Assembly: GCA_964348515.1 (NCBI GenBank) | Contig: CAYGDA010000001.1 | Location: 11,357 to 75,356 of the forward strand | Direction of reading: 5' to 3' | Length of the DNA stretch: 64,000 nucleotides | Source: an uncultured Candidatus Saccharibacteria bacterium | GTDB lineage: Bacteria; Patescibacteriota; Minisyncoccia; Phycocordibacterales; UBA5272 | Shown: positions 38,384 to 48,691 of the stretch, in pieces | How the letters are laid out: each line of letters begins with the position of its first letter | How positions within the stretch are numbered: the stretch's first letter is position 1 | The notes under the pieces: model-generated | The model's input: only the letters and a program-made list of their open reading frames with translations | What the model was told of the DNA's origin: nothing | Database searches by the model: none | Made by a program: the position numbers and the translations under genes

Positions 38384-38654
38384 GGCAACAAGAAAAGCGG
38401 CAGGAACCGCGAAAAACCTAAGGGATTCAAACCCGAAATATCTGGGAACCAAGCTTTACGCAGGAGAAGTGGCTAAAGCCGGTTCTGTTATTGTCCGCCA
38501 GCGCGGAACCAAGATTTTGGCCGGTAAAAACGTGGCCGTCGGAAACGACCACACTCTCTACTCTCTCAAGGCCGGAACGGTACAATACACGCACAAAAGA
38601 AAAATCCGTTTTGACGGAACAAAGGCAGTCCACAAAGTGGCAAACGTAATATAG
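38382..38654 (+). CDS. rpmA: 50S ribosomal protein L27
   Basis: '...VIVRQRGTKILAGKNVAVGNDHTLYSLKAGTVQY' is the L27 signature. Confidence 0.93.
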   Translation: MATRKAAGTAKNLRDSNPKYLGTKLYAGEVAKAGSVIVRQRGTKILAGKNVAVGNDHTLYSLKAGTVQYTHKRKIRFDGTKAVHKVANVI

Positions 38655-38660
38655 CTCCGA

Positions 38661-39101
38661 CTAAATCCCCTCAATGACGAGGGTGATTTTTTTATCCACC
38701 CCTCCGCGCTTTATCCTGAGTTCGTGTTTCCCCGTTTCCTTAACGTGCCCGGTTATTTCCAATTCTTCGGGGTTTATATAAATACCGCGCCTCTCAAGAG
38801 TTTCAATTATTTCCTTAATCGAAATGGCCGCGAACAGATGACCCTTTTCATTGGCTTTATGTTTCAAAATAAGCGGTGATATCTCCAGGGCGGAAAGCGC
38901 CAAAAGCAGAGATTCATTTCCTTCCGCTTCCTTCATTTTTCCGGCTTCTTTTGCCTTGGCAATTTCCGCAACGACTTTGTCGCTGGCCTCGCGCGCCAGT
39001 TTGCGCGGAATAAGAAAATTAAGGGCGTACCCGTCTGATACTTCTTTTATTTCCCCTCTGCGCCCTATGCGCGCTACGTCCTGTAAAAATATTACTTTCA
39101 T
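38661..39101 (-). CDS. rplI: 50S ribosomal protein L9
   Basis: '[36 protein letters not shown]' L9 N-domain. Start taken at MKVIFL. Confidence 0.88.
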   Translation of the reverse strand: MKVIFLQDVARIGRRGEIKEVSDGYALNFLIPRKLAREASDKVVAEIAKAKEAGKMKEAEGNESLLLALSALEISPLILKHKANEKGHLFAAISIKEIIETLERRGIYINPEELEITGHVKETGKHELRIKRGGVDKKITLVIEGI

Positions 39102-39154
39102 CCCGATATCTTGCACCAAACAAGGCCGTGCGCGCAACCCCGCGCCGATAATCT

Positions 39155-40390
39155 TTATTTCCAGTTGTTCAAAATTTCAAACGCTTTCTTTTGCTGAGGG
39201 TCAAGTTCCTTTTCACCTTCCTTTGCGGGGGCAACGACAGTATCAGGAATAATTCCGCTCTCTGAAATAGAAACGCCGTCGGGAGTGAGCCATCTGGCTA
39301 TGGTGATTTTGAGCGATGTGTCGTCCGTCACCGGAACAAGTTCCTGCACCGAGCCCTTGCCGAAAGTTTTTTCACCCACAAGCTTAGCCCTGCCGTGTTC
39401 ATGCAATGCTCCGGCTAAAATTTCAGACGCCGAAGCGGAACCCCCGTTAACCAAAATAACCATCTTCAAATTATCGCCGAAAATATTGTAACCCTTGCTT
39501 CTGTAAATTTCTTCAGGCCTGTCTTTAAACGATTCACGGACAATTGTTTTCCCCGCCGGCAAAAACCAGCTGGCCATATCCACCGCCGCCTCCAGATAGC
39601 CGCCCGGATTTCCGCGTAAATCGAGTATTAGTTTGTCCGTCTTCGCTTCTGTAAACTTTTGCAGGGCAGCACGGAAAAGGTCCGGGGACTGGGCGGTGAA
39701 GCTGTAAAGGCGGACAATGAACACCCCGTCTTTGACTTCAGTATCAATTGTAGGTATCTGTATTATGTCGCGCACTATTGAAATATCGAATGGTTCTTTC
39801 CTGCTTTCACGGTAAAGGTTCAGCGTAACAGTGGTTCCCTTCTTGCCGCGGATGCGTTCAACAGCATCCTCAACCGAAAGATTCGCCGTCGTTTCTTTAT
39901 CTATCTTCAAAATTTTATCTCCGACTTTAACGCCGGCGAGTTCCGAAGGAGAACCTTTGAGCGGGGCTATGACGGTCAGTATTCTGTCGCGCATTCCCAC
40001 TTCCATCCCTACTCCGCTGAATTCCCCGGCTATGCTTTCCTTGAAAGATTTATTTTGTTCCGGCGGAAAGAAAACCGTGTAAGGGTCTCCCAAAGAACCG
40101 GCCAACCCCTGTATGGCTCCCCATACTTTTTCCTGATCCGTCACGGGCTTTGTTGAGGTGGCTTTTGCCGACGCGAACTTCTGGTCAAGCAGAGCCCAGG
40201 CATTCCAGAATGGGGCAAAGTCAGCCTGGGTCACCGGAAAAGCGGCGTCCTGATTTTTTATGGTAGGAGCATTTAAAATTATCGTGCTTTTTTTATGCCC
40301 CAGAGTATAACCGCCGATAAAGGCCCCTCCGACGGAGACAATAAAAAACACGGACAAAAACAAAATATGGAGGGGCTTTCTCTCTTGCAT
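39155..40390 (-). CDS. carboxyl-terminal processing protease (S41 family, CtpA/Prc-like)
   Basis: PDZ domain ('[12 protein letters not shown]'), 'LDLRGNPGG', catalytic '[14 protein letters not shown]' and 'TFGKGSVQ'. Confidence 0.9.
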   Translation of the reverse strand: MQERKPLHILFLSVFFIVSVGGAFIGGYTLGHKKSTIILNAPTIKNQDAAFPVTQADFAPFWNAWALLDQKFASAKATSTKPVTDQEKVWGAIQGLAGSLGDPYTVFFPPEQNKSFKESIAGEFSGVGMEVGMRDRILTVIAPLKGSPSELAGVKVGDKILKIDKETTANLSVEDAVERIRGKKGTTVTLNLYRESRKEPFDISIVRDIIQIPTIDTEVKDGVFIVRLYSFTAQSPDLFRAALQKFTEAKTDKLILDLRGNPGGYLEAAVDMASWFLPAGKTIVRESFKDRPEEIYRSKGYNIFGDNLKMVILVNGGSASASEILAGALHEHGRAKLVGEKTFGKGSVQELVPVTDDTSLKITIARWLTPDGVSISESGIIPDTVVAPAKEGEKELDPQQKKAFEILNNWK

Positions 40391-40464
40391 TGGACAATTT
40401 TCTCATGAGAGAGCTTTCGCCGCAAGTTATTTTTTAAATTACGACGTGATATTATGTAATTATT

Positions 40465-41391
40465 ATGATATCAACCTATACCCACGACGGCCTGACCTGG
40501 ATAGATATAGAGTCTCCAACCCTGGACGAAGTAACTCCATTAATTAAAAGCCACAAAATACATCCGATTGTAAGTAACGAGATTTTATCCACAACTTTTC
40601 ATTCAAAAGTCGACTACTACAAAAATTACGTCTACCTTGTCCTGCACTTCCCGATGATTTCGGGACAAAACAGAAGCAGCAACGGAAACGACCCCACGGA
40701 CGAAATAGATTTTATAATAGGCAAAAACTTCCTGATTACGACTCATTTCGGGCGCATTCCCGCAATAGATATCTTTCGCAAATCCCTTGAGGCCTGCTCC
40801 GTTTTGGAACGCGGCTGCGGTTTCGACCACGCCGGCGCCCTTTTCTTTTATCTTCTGCGTGAACTCTACAAAGAAGTGGAAGCTCATCTGGCCATAACCA
40901 ACAGGCACCTGAAAATTGCCGAGGAAAATATTTTCAACGGTAAAGAAGGCGAGATGGTTACCACCATTTCTGAAATAAACCGCCAGCTTCTTGATTTCAA
41001 GGAGGTCACCCGCTTCCACAAGGAAGTTCTGGAATCATTCCAAAATGAGAGCAAGTCGCTCTTTGGAAAAGAATTCGGTCTTTATACTGAATCCCTTTTG
41101 AGCGATTATTACAAAATCTGGAACATAATAGAAAACCAAAAAGAAACTGTTCTTGATTTGCGGGAGACAAACGATTCCCTGCTTACAAGCAAGACCAACC
41201 GCTCGGTAAAAGTACTGACAGCCATAACAGCCATTCTTCTTCCGGCGGCGCTGGTGGTTGACGTATTCGGGATTAATTCAAAATTTATTCCGTTTGCCAA
41301 CAGCCAAAATGAATTCCCGATAGTGGTGAGCTTTATGATTCTCTCCGCTGTTCTGACTTACCTGATTTTAAGAAAATACGACCTCATCTGA
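40465..41391 (+). CDS. CorA-family divalent cation transporter
   Basis: Cytoplasmic alpha/beta domain, then two C-terminal TM helices 'LTAITAILLPAALVVDVFGINSKFIP' (GMN motif variant GIN). Confidence 0.65.
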   Translation: MISTYTHDGLTWIDIESPTLDEVTPLIKSHKIHPIVSNEILSTTFHSKVDYYKNYVYLVLHFPMISGQNRSSNGNDPTDEIDFIIGKNFLITTHFGRIPAIDIFRKSLEACSVLERGCGFDHAGALFFYLLRELYKEVEAHLAITNRHLKIAEENIFNGKEGEMVTTISEINRQLLDFKEVTRFHKEVLESFQNESKSLFGKEFGLYTESLLSDYYKIWNIIENQKETVLDLRETNDSLLTSKTNRSVKVLTAITAILLPAALVVDVFGINSKFIPFANSQNEFPIVVSFMILSAVLTYLILRKYDLI

Positions 41392-41392
41392 T

Positions 41393-42733
41393 ATGGACCT
41401 GCGTTTTTACAACACTCTGACCAGGCAAATAGAACCATTCACACCGCTTATTCAGGGCAAAGTGTCCATGTACCACTGCGGTCCAACCGTCTATGACTAC
41501 ACGCATATAGGCAACTTGCGCTCTTTTCTTCTGTCCGACCTTTTGCGCCGTGCCTGCGAGCTCTCCGGGCTTGAAGTTAAACAGGTAATGAATATAACCG
41601 ACGTGGACGACAAGACCATACGCAGAAGCCGCGAAGAAGGTGTGACCCTCCAGGAGCTCACGGAGCGCTATTTGAACGCCTTTATTTCCGATATCGGGTC
41701 AATGAACATACAAAGCGCCAAGCAAATGCCGCGGGCAACGGACAACGTCAATCTGATGATTTCCCTCATAGAAAAACTTCTGGAAAAAGGCTTTGCCTAT
41801 CAGGGAGAAGACGGTATTTATTTTTCAATAGAAAAAGACCAGCATTACGGAGTCTTGGCCGGACTCACTCTTGACCGCGAAATGCGCGAACGCATAAAAA
41901 ACGACGAGTACGACAAGGACAACCCGCAGGATTTTGCCCTGTGGAAATTTTACTCGGAAGAAGACGGGACTGTAGTTTGGGACGCTCCTTTCGGCCGGGG
42001 ACGTCCGGGTTGGCACATTGAGTGTTCAGCTATGTCCATGGATGCTCTCGGAGAAACTTTTGACATACACACCGGCGGAGTGGATTTGATATTTCCACAT
42101 CACACAAACGAAATCGCCCAGTCCGAATCGGCGACCGGAGTACCGTTTGTCAAAACATGGCTGCATAATAATTTCATACTTGTGGACGGAAAAAAGATGT
42201 CCAAGTCTCTCGGAAATATTTTGACTCTCCGCGAACTCGGCGAAAAAGGTTTTTCTCCTCTTTCCTACCGCTACCTTCTTTTGACAGCCCACTACCGCAC
42301 ACTTCTCAACTTCACGTGGGAATCATTGGAGGCCGCAAACAACGCCCTCAGTAAACTGACCGCGACATCCGCACAGCTTCCCGACGAAGGCGCCGTTGAC
42401 CTGACTTACAAAACAAACTTTGAACATTTCATGGGAAATGACCTGGACACACCAAGAGCAATCGCCCTGATGTGGGATATGCTAAAAGACGAAAATATTT
42501 CCCTGCCTGATAAAAAAGCTACTCTGCTTTATTTTGATAAAATTTTTGGTCTTAGTCTGCACAGCGCCCGCAAGCCTGAGATACCGGAAGAAATCCTTGA
42601 GCTGGCCCAAAAACGCGAACATGCCAGAAAATCAAAAGACTGGGCTCTTTCAGATGAACTGCGTGAAAAAATAGAATCCGCCGGTTATTCCGTACGCGAC
42701 ACTGACAATGGTCCGAAAGTTGATAAAAGATAA
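41393..42733 (+). CDS. cysS: cysteinyl-tRNA synthetase
   Basis: '[16 protein letters not shown]' (HIGH), Zn ligands, 'KMSKSLGN'. Confidence 0.95.
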   Translation: MDLRFYNTLTRQIEPFTPLIQGKVSMYHCGPTVYDYTHIGNLRSFLLSDLLRRACELSGLEVKQVMNITDVDDKTIRRSREEGVTLQELTERYLNAFISDIGSMNIQSAKQMPRATDNVNLMISLIEKLLEKGFAYQGEDGIYFSIEKDQHYGVLAGLTLDREMRERIKNDEYDKDNPQDFALWKFYSEEDGTVVWDAPFGRGRPGWHIECSAMSMDALGETFDIHTGGVDLIFPHHTNEIAQSESATGVPFVKTWLHNNFILVDGKKMSKSLGNILTLRELGEKGFSPLSYRYLLLTAHYRTLLNFTWESLEAANNALSKLTATSAQLPDEGAVDLTYKTNFEHFMGNDLDTPRAIALMWDMLKDENISLPDKKATLLYFDKIFGLSLHSARKPEIPEEILELAQKREHARKSKDWALSDELREKIESAGYSVRDTDNGPKVDKR

Positions 42734-42766
42734 TCTTATCCCCCGCTTCTCCCCATACTATTCCAC

Positions 42767-42792
42767 AAAACCCTTTAAAATAAGGGTTTTTT
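42767..42792 (+). terminator. intrinsic terminator after cysS
   Basis: AAAACCCTT-TAAAAT-AAGGGTTTT followed by TT. Located 34 nt after the cysS stop. Confidence 0.5.
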
Positions 42793-42821
42793 GATTACTT
42801 GCATATGGTACAATAACCCCC

Positions 42822-44210
42822 ATGGCAAACGATCCTCTTTACGCAGCAAGCAGAATACCCCCGCAAAGTCTCGACTCCGAGAAAGCACTTTTGGGTTCCA
42901 TAATGCTACGCCCCGAAGCAATCTTCGACATCATCGACCTAATCCGTCCGGAATCTTTTTACGCCGAAAAGCACAGAATTATTTTTCAAAATATGCTTGA
43001 GCTCGCCAACAAGCGCGAGCCGATTGATTTGCTTTCACTCTCCACCAAACTGCGCGAGAAAAAACAATTGGACATGATAGGCGGCGGCGGATACTTGGCT
43101 GAACTCGTTAACTCAGTTCCTTCAGCCTCAAACTTAAGCTATTACGCCGATTTAGTTTTTAAAAAATCTGTACTGCGAAGCCTAATTGAAGCGGCAAACC
43201 ACATAGGCGAACTCGGATACAGCGAAGAACGCGAACTTGAGCACATTCTTGAAGAAGCACAGAAAAAAATTTATAACGTCACAACTTTAAGCAAGGGGCA
43301 GAAATTCCAGGAGATGAAAGACTTGCTCCACGATGCCTGGGAGCGCATAGACAAGCTTCACAAAGCGGGAGCGGAACTGCGCGGCGTACCGACAGGCTTC
43401 CCGGAATTGGACAACAAACTATCCGGCCTCCAAAAATCGGATCTTATAATTCTGGCGGCGCGCCCTTCAATGGGAAAGACTTCCCTGGCGCTCGACATTG
43501 CCCGCCACGCCGCGACTCAAAATAATATACCTGTCGGCGTGTTCTCTCTTGAAATGAGTTCGCAACAGCTTGTTGACCGCATGGTCTCGGCAGAGTCGCG
43601 CGTTGATGCCTGGCGGCTGCGCACGGGACGGTTGAATCTTGACGACGAATTTACAAAGCTCGGCGAAGGAATAGAGAGATTAAATAAAGCGCCTCTTTTC
43701 ATAGACGACCAGCCGGCAAGTTCGGTACTCCGCATGCGAAGCATTGTCCGCCGCTTTCAGGCGGAACAAGGCAAAGAAATCGGACTCATTGTCGTTGATT
43801 ACCTTCAGCTTATGTCCACTTCCCGTATCTACGACTCAATGGTAAACCAGGTCACCGAAATTTCCCGCTCTCTGAAAGGAATGGCCAAGGAGTTTAATGT
43901 CCCCGTTCTTGCCCTCTCCCAGCTCTCCCGCGCAGTGGAAGCGCGCGGAGGCAAACCCCGCCTCTCCGACCTCCGCGATTCAGGTTCCATTGAACAGGAC
44001 GCCGACGTTGTTATGTTCATACACCGCGAAGACAAATATCAGGACAACCCGGACAAACCGAATGTGGCGGAAATAATGATTGAAAAGCACAGAAACGGTC
44101 CGACCGGAAAAGTTGAACTTTACTTTGACGATAAAAAATCAACATTCCTCTCCATCGAAAAAAGTGAGTTCGGAGATTTTACTCCGCCTTCTTTAGCCCA
44201 GGATTTTTAA
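42822..44210 (+). CDS. dnaB: replicative DNA helicase DnaB
   Basis: N-terminal DnaG-interaction domain ('SEKALLGSIMLRPEAI'), Walker A 'ARPSMGKTS', Walker B 'LIVVDYLQLM'. No intein. Confidence 0.95.
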   Translation: MANDPLYAASRIPPQSLDSEKALLGSIMLRPEAIFDIIDLIRPESFYAEKHRIIFQNMLELANKREPIDLLSLSTKLREKKQLDMIGGGGYLAELVNSVPSASNLSYYADLVFKKSVLRSLIEAANHIGELGYSEERELEHILEEAQKKIYNVTTLSKGQKFQEMKDLLHDAWERIDKLHKAGAELRGVPTGFPELDNKLSGLQKSDLIILAARPSMGKTSLALDIARHAATQNNIPVGVFSLEMSSQQLVDRMVSAESRVDAWRLRTGRLNLDDEFTKLGEGIERLNKAPLFIDDQPASSVLRMRSIVRRFQAEQGKEIGLIVVDYLQLMSTSRIYDSMVNQVTEISRSLKGMAKEFNVPVLALSQLSRAVEARGGKPRLSDLRDSGSIEQDADVVMFIHREDKYQDNPDKPNVAEIMIEKHRNGPTGKVELYFDDKKSTFLSIEKSEFGDFTPPSLAQDF

Positions 44211-44228
44211 ACAACCGCACCAAAACCG

Positions 44229-44834
44229 ATGGACAGTTTCAACAAACTTGTAGAATTTTTTAAGCAGTTTCCCGGCACGGGACCGCGCCAGGCGCGCCGT
44301 TTTGCTTATTTTCTGCTTGCCCAGGACAAAGAAACCCTCAGCCGTTTCTCCAAGGAAATAGAAACCCTCAAAGATTCGGTTTCGCAGTGTCCCGATTGTT
44401 TCCTGTATTTCACCCGTAAAAACGGTCCGCTGTGCGCCGTATGCTCCGCCAGTTCAACCGACCGCAAGACATTAATGATTGTGGAGAAAGACGTTGACCA
44501 GGAAGCGTTACGTAAAAGCGACACATACAAGGGACTTTATTTCATACTGGGCGGGCTGCTCCCTATTCTTGAAAAAGATCCGGCGGAGAAAATCCGAATC
44601 CGCGAACTTGTGGCAAGAATTAAAAAACTGTCTGAAAACGGACTGACCGAAATAATAATAGCCCTCTCCGCCAATCCCGAAGGCGAAAATACGGCGGAGT
44701 ATGTGCGCAGAACTATCGCCCCGCTCGCCCCTAAGGTCAAAATAACGACTCTGGGACGCGGTCTTTCCACGGGCACGGAACTTGAGTACTCCGACTCCGA
44801 TACTCTCTCCCACGCCCTGAAAAACCGCGGATAA
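44229..44834 (+). CDS. recR: recombination protein RecR
   Basis: HhH 'FPGTGPRQARRFAYFLL', C4 zinc finger 'CPDCFLY...CAVC', Toprim domain. Confidence 0.93.
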   Translation: MDSFNKLVEFFKQFPGTGPRQARRFAYFLLAQDKETLSRFSKEIETLKDSVSQCPDCFLYFTRKNGPLCAVCSASSTDRKTLMIVEKDVDQEALRKSDTYKGLYFILGGLLPILEKDPAEKIRIRELVARIKKLSENGLTEIIIALSANPEGENTAEYVRRTIAPLAPKVKITTLGRGLSTGTELEYSDSDTLSHALKNRG

Positions 44835-44845
44835 AACCGCCAATG

Positions 44846-44873
44846 AAAAATCCCGGCTTGTTCCGGGATTTTT
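44846..44873. terminator. bidirectional intrinsic terminator between recR and rplU
   Basis: AAAAATCCCGG-CTTGTT-CCGGGATTTTT. Perfect 11-bp stem flanked by A-run and T-run. Confidence 0.65.
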
Positions 44874-45270
44874 ACTTTATCGAAACTATTTCCACTTTAA
44901 AGAATGGCTGGCGATGGCCGCGTTTCTTGTAATAACGGCTCTTGGCTTTGTATTTAACAACGGTAACTTTGGCCTCCCTTCCTATTTCCTTCAGTTTGGC
45001 CTCTATTTTCGCGCCGGAAATGTACGGAGTGCCGATGGAAGTATCGGTGCCGTTGTCCACGAGGAGTACCTTATCAAACTCGATTTTGTCGCCAACGGTG
45101 AAAGCACCCTTTATTTTCTCAACGGAAACCGTTTCGCCGGGAGAAACCTTATATTGCTTCCCTCCGGTCTCAAAAATAGCGAATTCGTCGGCAATTACCT
45201 TGGCTTTCGGTTTCGCCTTAACTTCTTTAGCTACTTTGGTCTCTTTAGTTGTTTTCTTGGTTGTGGCCAT
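44872..45270 (-). CDS. rplU: 50S ribosomal protein L21 with lysine-rich N-terminal extension
   Basis: 'FAIFETGGKQYKVSPGETVSVEKI' L21 core, preceded by about 30 aa of K/T-rich extension. Start taken at MATTKK. Confidence 0.88.
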   Translation of the reverse strand: MATTKKTTKETKVAKEVKAKPKAKVIADEFAIFETGGKQYKVSPGETVSVEKIKGAFTVGDKIEFDKVLLVDNGTDTSIGTPYISGAKIEAKLKEIGREAKVTVVKYKAKSRYYKKRGHRQPFFKVEIVSIK

Positions 45271-45373
45271 AAACAAAACCTGAGCCTCTTAGGCTGGTTA
45301 TACCCCACATATTAACCTACTTCCCGTAAAAAGCAACGTTTTTAACCCCTTTACGGGAGTGCCGGCAAACCCA

Positions 45374-45402
45374 TTGACTTTTCACTCTAAATATGCTTTA
45401 AT
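45374..45402 (+). promoter_or_regulatory. sigma70-like promoter of GC-rich cassette A (CATTGACTTT -35 box, 17-nt spacer, TTTAAT)
   Basis: TTGACT 45374-45379, TTTAAT 45397-45402. Then the CCGG-ATTT-CCGG hairpin (45426-45437), the GAGGAGAAT SD (45463-45471) and the ATG at 45476. Same scaffold as at 53557. Confidence 0.5.
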
Positions 45403-45475
45403 GAGGGTCGCTGTATAGGGGTAGTCCGGATTTCCGGCCTGCCATTGAAATACTTTTTCCAAGAGGAGAATTCTG

Positions 45476-46078
45476 ATGAACGCAGTCATCTCGGAAGTGC
45501 CCGGCCTCAGCCTGCAGGGTCAAGACCAGTTTCTGGTGAAGTTTTTTTTCACCAACCCGAAGCATATCCCCGACGGTATCCCGTCGGTGGAACGCAAAGC
45601 CGAGGGCATCATCGCCGGAACCCACAAGCTCCAGGCGATGAAAGCCGGTCAATCCGACCTGGCGGAAACCGGCCGCGTGCGCAACGGCATGACGGACACC
45701 GGCACGATGGTGTACCAGAACATCGAAGCCTGCCACGCCGGCTTCATACGCCGCGGCCTCGTCAATTCCGGCTTCGCGCTGGAATCGTTGCACCACTACG
45801 TGCAGCGCAAGGAAGACCGCGCGCCGAAGTTCGTGGTCGTGCTTTCGTTCGTCCGCGGCGCCAACAAGCTGCCTCTTCCCCGCAAGGTGGACGAGGCGCT
45901 GCGCGCCCTGGCGAAATCCACGTGGTTCGGCCATGTCTGGGACAACTCAGCCGTGGGCAATCCCGCCACGATTAACTTCGTGGGCAAACAGGAGCGCCAG
46001 CCCCTGAACGCCCTCGTCGTACGCGGCGGCCGCCTGGAAGTGGTCATCGCAAGCCAGTCGACCATCGACGAAGCCTGA
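45476..46078 (+). CDS. hypothetical protein, GC-rich foreign-looking cargo gene
   Basis: 200-aa ORF in an island of about 60% GC with promoter, SD and terminator. No motif I recognise. Antisense and alternative-frame ORFs here are GC artefacts. Confidence 0.6.
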   Translation: MNAVISEVPGLSLQGQDQFLVKFFFTNPKHIPDGIPSVERKAEGIIAGTHKLQAMKAGQSDLAETGRVRNGMTDTGTMVYQNIEACHAGFIRRGLVNSGFALESLHHYVQRKEDRAPKFVVVLSFVRGANKLPLPRKVDEALRALAKSTWFGHVWDNSAVGNPATINFVGKQERQPLNALVVRGGRLEVVIASQSTIDEA

Positions 46079-46110
46079 ACGCCTTCTCCCCTTCGCGGAC
46101 TCATTTCCGC

Positions 46111-46143
46111 ACCCCCGCCTTTCGACGGGGGTTTTATTTTTGT
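46111..46143. terminator. intrinsic terminator (ACCCCCG-CCTTTCGA-CGGGGGT + TTTTATTTTTGTTT)
   Basis: 7-bp GC stem plus T-rich tail directly after the 45476 gene and 1 nt from the truD (-) stop. Confidence 0.6.
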
Positions 46144-47580
46144 TTAGTTTTCTTCGCCGATTAACTTTTCAAAAATATTATCTCTTTTTGTATGAAGCAC
46201 TTCTTTGAAAAATTCTATGGCGCTTTCCGAACTTCCCTCTCCTAAAAGCGATTTTGTGTCCACAACTATATCAGGAATTTCTTCCGGCGGTTTTCCCGAA
46301 AGCAAAACAAAAAGATGCGCCAGAAAAGTCGTGGCGTATTGTCCTTTGTCCAAAGTGAAAGAAAGAGCCACTCCTTCATTTGTAATTTTTACGCTGTGCA
46401 TTTTTGCGTCAACTTTTGTGTCCACGGTTCTGTGCATAAGGCGGATTGCCGGAAACGGTTTCAGATTGCGGAAAGGAGGCGGATACATATGGTTGTCCTC
46501 AAGAATGTTCCTGTACGGTTCCAAATCTTTTCTGTCAAAACTAAGAAACAGAGGAAGTTCTTTGGGCAAAGGTCCGCCGACTTGGGCGTATATTGAAAGT
46601 TTTTCGTTGAAAAGCCATGAAGAGACAGCGTAGACCCAAAGCATTATCTGCTCGGGAATTTGCTGAAGCGCCCCCACATAATCCCCTTCGTGATTCAAAA
46701 GATGGCGCAGAATCCTGAGTTCGCAGTCAAAAAGCACCGGGAACGGTTCAAAATATTCTATGCACTCCCGCCATGAACCCCATCTGGCCAAAACCTCATT
46801 GCGCAAAAATTGAACATAAGGAAGTTCGTTGGGAGAACTCTCGGTCAGATATTGCTTTACCGCTTTTCCGTAATCGCCCTTGATAATGCTGTACGCCCAG
46901 CGGAAGTTTGAGAGACGCGGCGTGCCGAAACGCTGAAGATAATAAAAATTATAAACCTCGCCGTGGGTCACCCGTTCAACGGCCTGCATAAAAATATCTT
47001 TCTTCTCAGTTTTCTCAAGAGGCGCGGGCAAGCGCATAAAAATGGTGAAGCGGTTTCCTGTCAGCTTTCCGCGGTCCATAACGCCAACACCCGCGGTAAC
47101 GTCTTTCAGAAAAAAGTGCGCGGAGGACGCGGAGCGTATTTTCTCCGGGGATACTCCCTTTATTGAAATGCGCTGGGCGGTAATGGCGTCTTTATCTTTT
47201 ATCCCGGCGTAACGGATATTTTCTTTCGGGCAGTCCAGCAATTCCGCCAAATCCCGTATGGCTTCTTCAGTCTGAATACCGCATTTAACGAGAGTGGCAA
47301 AATAACTCTGCGCTTCGGGCAAATCAGCTTCCGAAGCCAGATTTCTGCGTTCAATCGTGCAAACCTCGCCTTTTTCGTCCACTTCCTCAACAATGAAATC
47401 CGACGGAGTGAATTTCAAAAATCCCTGAGGCAAAACATCTTTGTACGGAATGCGTATACCAAGCGGCTCCAAGAGTTCGGCGTCTTCAACAAAAGTGTGG
47501 AGTTTAAACAAATCCGGATGGGTTGAATAAACTTTTGCCAAATTCCGGATTTCAATTTCCTTGTCCTCTACTCGGGTCAT
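46144..47580 (-). CDS. truD: tRNA pseudouridine synthase TruD/Pus7 family
   Basis: 'FLKFTPSDFIVEE' N-terminus and catalytic-Asp motif 'AGIKDKDA'. Confidence 0.82.
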   Translation of the reverse strand: MTRVEDKEIEIRNLAKVYSTHPDLFKLHTFVEDAELLEPLGIRIPYKDVLPQGFLKFTPSDFIVEEVDEKGEVCTIERRNLASEADLPEAQSYFATLVKCGIQTEEAIRDLAELLDCPKENIRYAGIKDKDAITAQRISIKGVSPEKIRSASSAHFFLKDVTAGVGVMDRGKLTGNRFTIFMRLPAPLEKTEKKDIFMQAVERVTHGEVYNFYYLQRFGTPRLSNFRWAYSIIKGDYGKAVKQYLTESSPNELPYVQFLRNEVLARWGSWRECIEYFEPFPVLFDCELRILRHLLNHEGDYVGALQQIPEQIMLWVYAVSSWLFNEKLSIYAQVGGPLPKELPLFLSFDRKDLEPYRNILEDNHMYPPPFRNLKPFPAIRLMHRTVDTKVDAKMHSVKITNEGVALSFTLDKGQYATTFLAHLFVLLSGKPPEEIPDIVVDTKSLLGEGSSESAIEFFKEVLHTKRDNIFEKLIGEEN

Positions 47581-47587
47581 TTATTTT

Positions 47588-48658
47588 TTAATCGTCGCTT
47601 GCGGGTTTATCAAGCAAATTAGGTTCGTAGCCGAGACCGTCGGTTCCCGTAATTTTTATAATATCTTTATCAACCTTCTTCAGTTCCTTGGAAGCCAAAT
47701 TGTACTGATTGACCGTAGTGCCTAAGGCATTACCGACTTTGCTGAAATAGCTTTCATACGCATTCAAATGCTTCATCAATTCCCCTACACGCTGGCCTAT
47801 TTCCACCGCCTTCTCTTCAATTTTGAAAGCTTTGAAACCATACAAAACGGACTGCAGGTATGCCGCGAAAGTCGTAGGGGAAACAATAACAACTTTCTTT
47901 TCGTTGTAAGCGTAGTCCAGAAGGCTTCTGGTATTTACCTTAACAGCCCCGACTTCATTTATAAGCAGATCATAGTAAATGCCTTCTGCCGGAATAAACA
48001 TAAAAGCAAACGGCAGAGTCCCCTCTTCGGTGCGTATATATTTTGCCGTCTCGTCTATGCGCTTTTTCAAATCGTTCCTGAAATCTTTTTCCAAATCCGC
48101 TTTTCTGTCTTCGTCTTTCTCATTAATTATGCGGTTGTAATTGTCCAGAGAATATTTTGCGTCAACGGGTATAATCCCCTCTTTGGTGACAATCACCGCG
48201 TCCACCGCGTCGCCGTTTGTAAACCTGTGCTGAATTTTGTAAGCTCCCGGCGGAAGAATATTTGAAAGAATAAGTTCAAGCGATGCCTCGCCCAAGTTCC
48301 CGCGCTGTTTCTGGTGCTTGAGCACTTTCTCAAGATTCTGCAATTGTTCGGTTATTGAAAAAACCTGCTTGTTGGACTCGTTAACTTCGGTCAGTTTCTC
48401 CGTTATATCCTGAATGAGTTTCTGCGACTCGGAGAACTGTCTATGTACCTGCGTTTGCATATCACGGTTTGATTCCGCGAATTTTGAGTCCAGACGGGTA
48501 AGATTGTGGTCAAAACGGTTGGCGATTGATTCCAGCTGGTGCTGAATCATAAGTATCGTGTCGGTCTCTTTCCCGCCACCCTTTCCCCGCAATACAAAAA
48601 ATATAACGGCGACCAATACCGCGCCTATTAAAACGCCAACAATTATTCCCGTATACAT
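47588..48658 (-). CDS. rmuC: DNA recombination protein RmuC
   Basis: N-terminal TM, long coiled coil, '...KQRGNLGEASLELILSNIL...' and C-terminal '...MFIPAEGIYYDLL...' RmuC conserved region. Confidence 0.85.
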   Translation of the reverse strand: MYTGIIVGVLIGAVLVAVIFFVLRGKGGGKETDTILMIQHQLESIANRFDHNLTRLDSKFAESNRDMQTQVHRQFSESQKLIQDITEKLTEVNESNKQVFSITEQLQNLEKVLKHQKQRGNLGEASLELILSNILPPGAYKIQHRFTNGDAVDAVIVTKEGIIPVDAKYSLDNYNRIINEKDEDRKADLEKDFRNDLKKRIDETAKYIRTEEGTLPFAFMFIPAEGIYYDLLINEVGAVKVNTRSLLDYAYNEKKVVIVSPTTFAAYLQSVLYGFKAFKIEEKAVEIGQRVGELMKHLNAYESYFSKVGNALGTTVNQYNLASKELKKVDKDIIKITGTDGLGYEPNLLDKPASDD

Positions 48659-48691
48659 ATTAGAGATTATAACACAGCACTAAACGCCCAT

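Noticed and set aside
42791-43000. 69-aa ORF overlapping the dnaB start in another frame
   Set aside because: The dnaB frame has unambiguous helicase motifs from its first residues. The alternative frame is spurious.
45398-46104. Antisense and alternative-frame ORFs (45398..45934 -, 45445..45975 +, 45796..46104 -) in GC-rich cassette A
   Set aside because: Only 45476..46078 has a promoter, an SD at the correct spacing and a downstream terminator. The other ORFs have Arg/Ala/Gly-rich translations typical of non-coding frames of GC-rich DNA.
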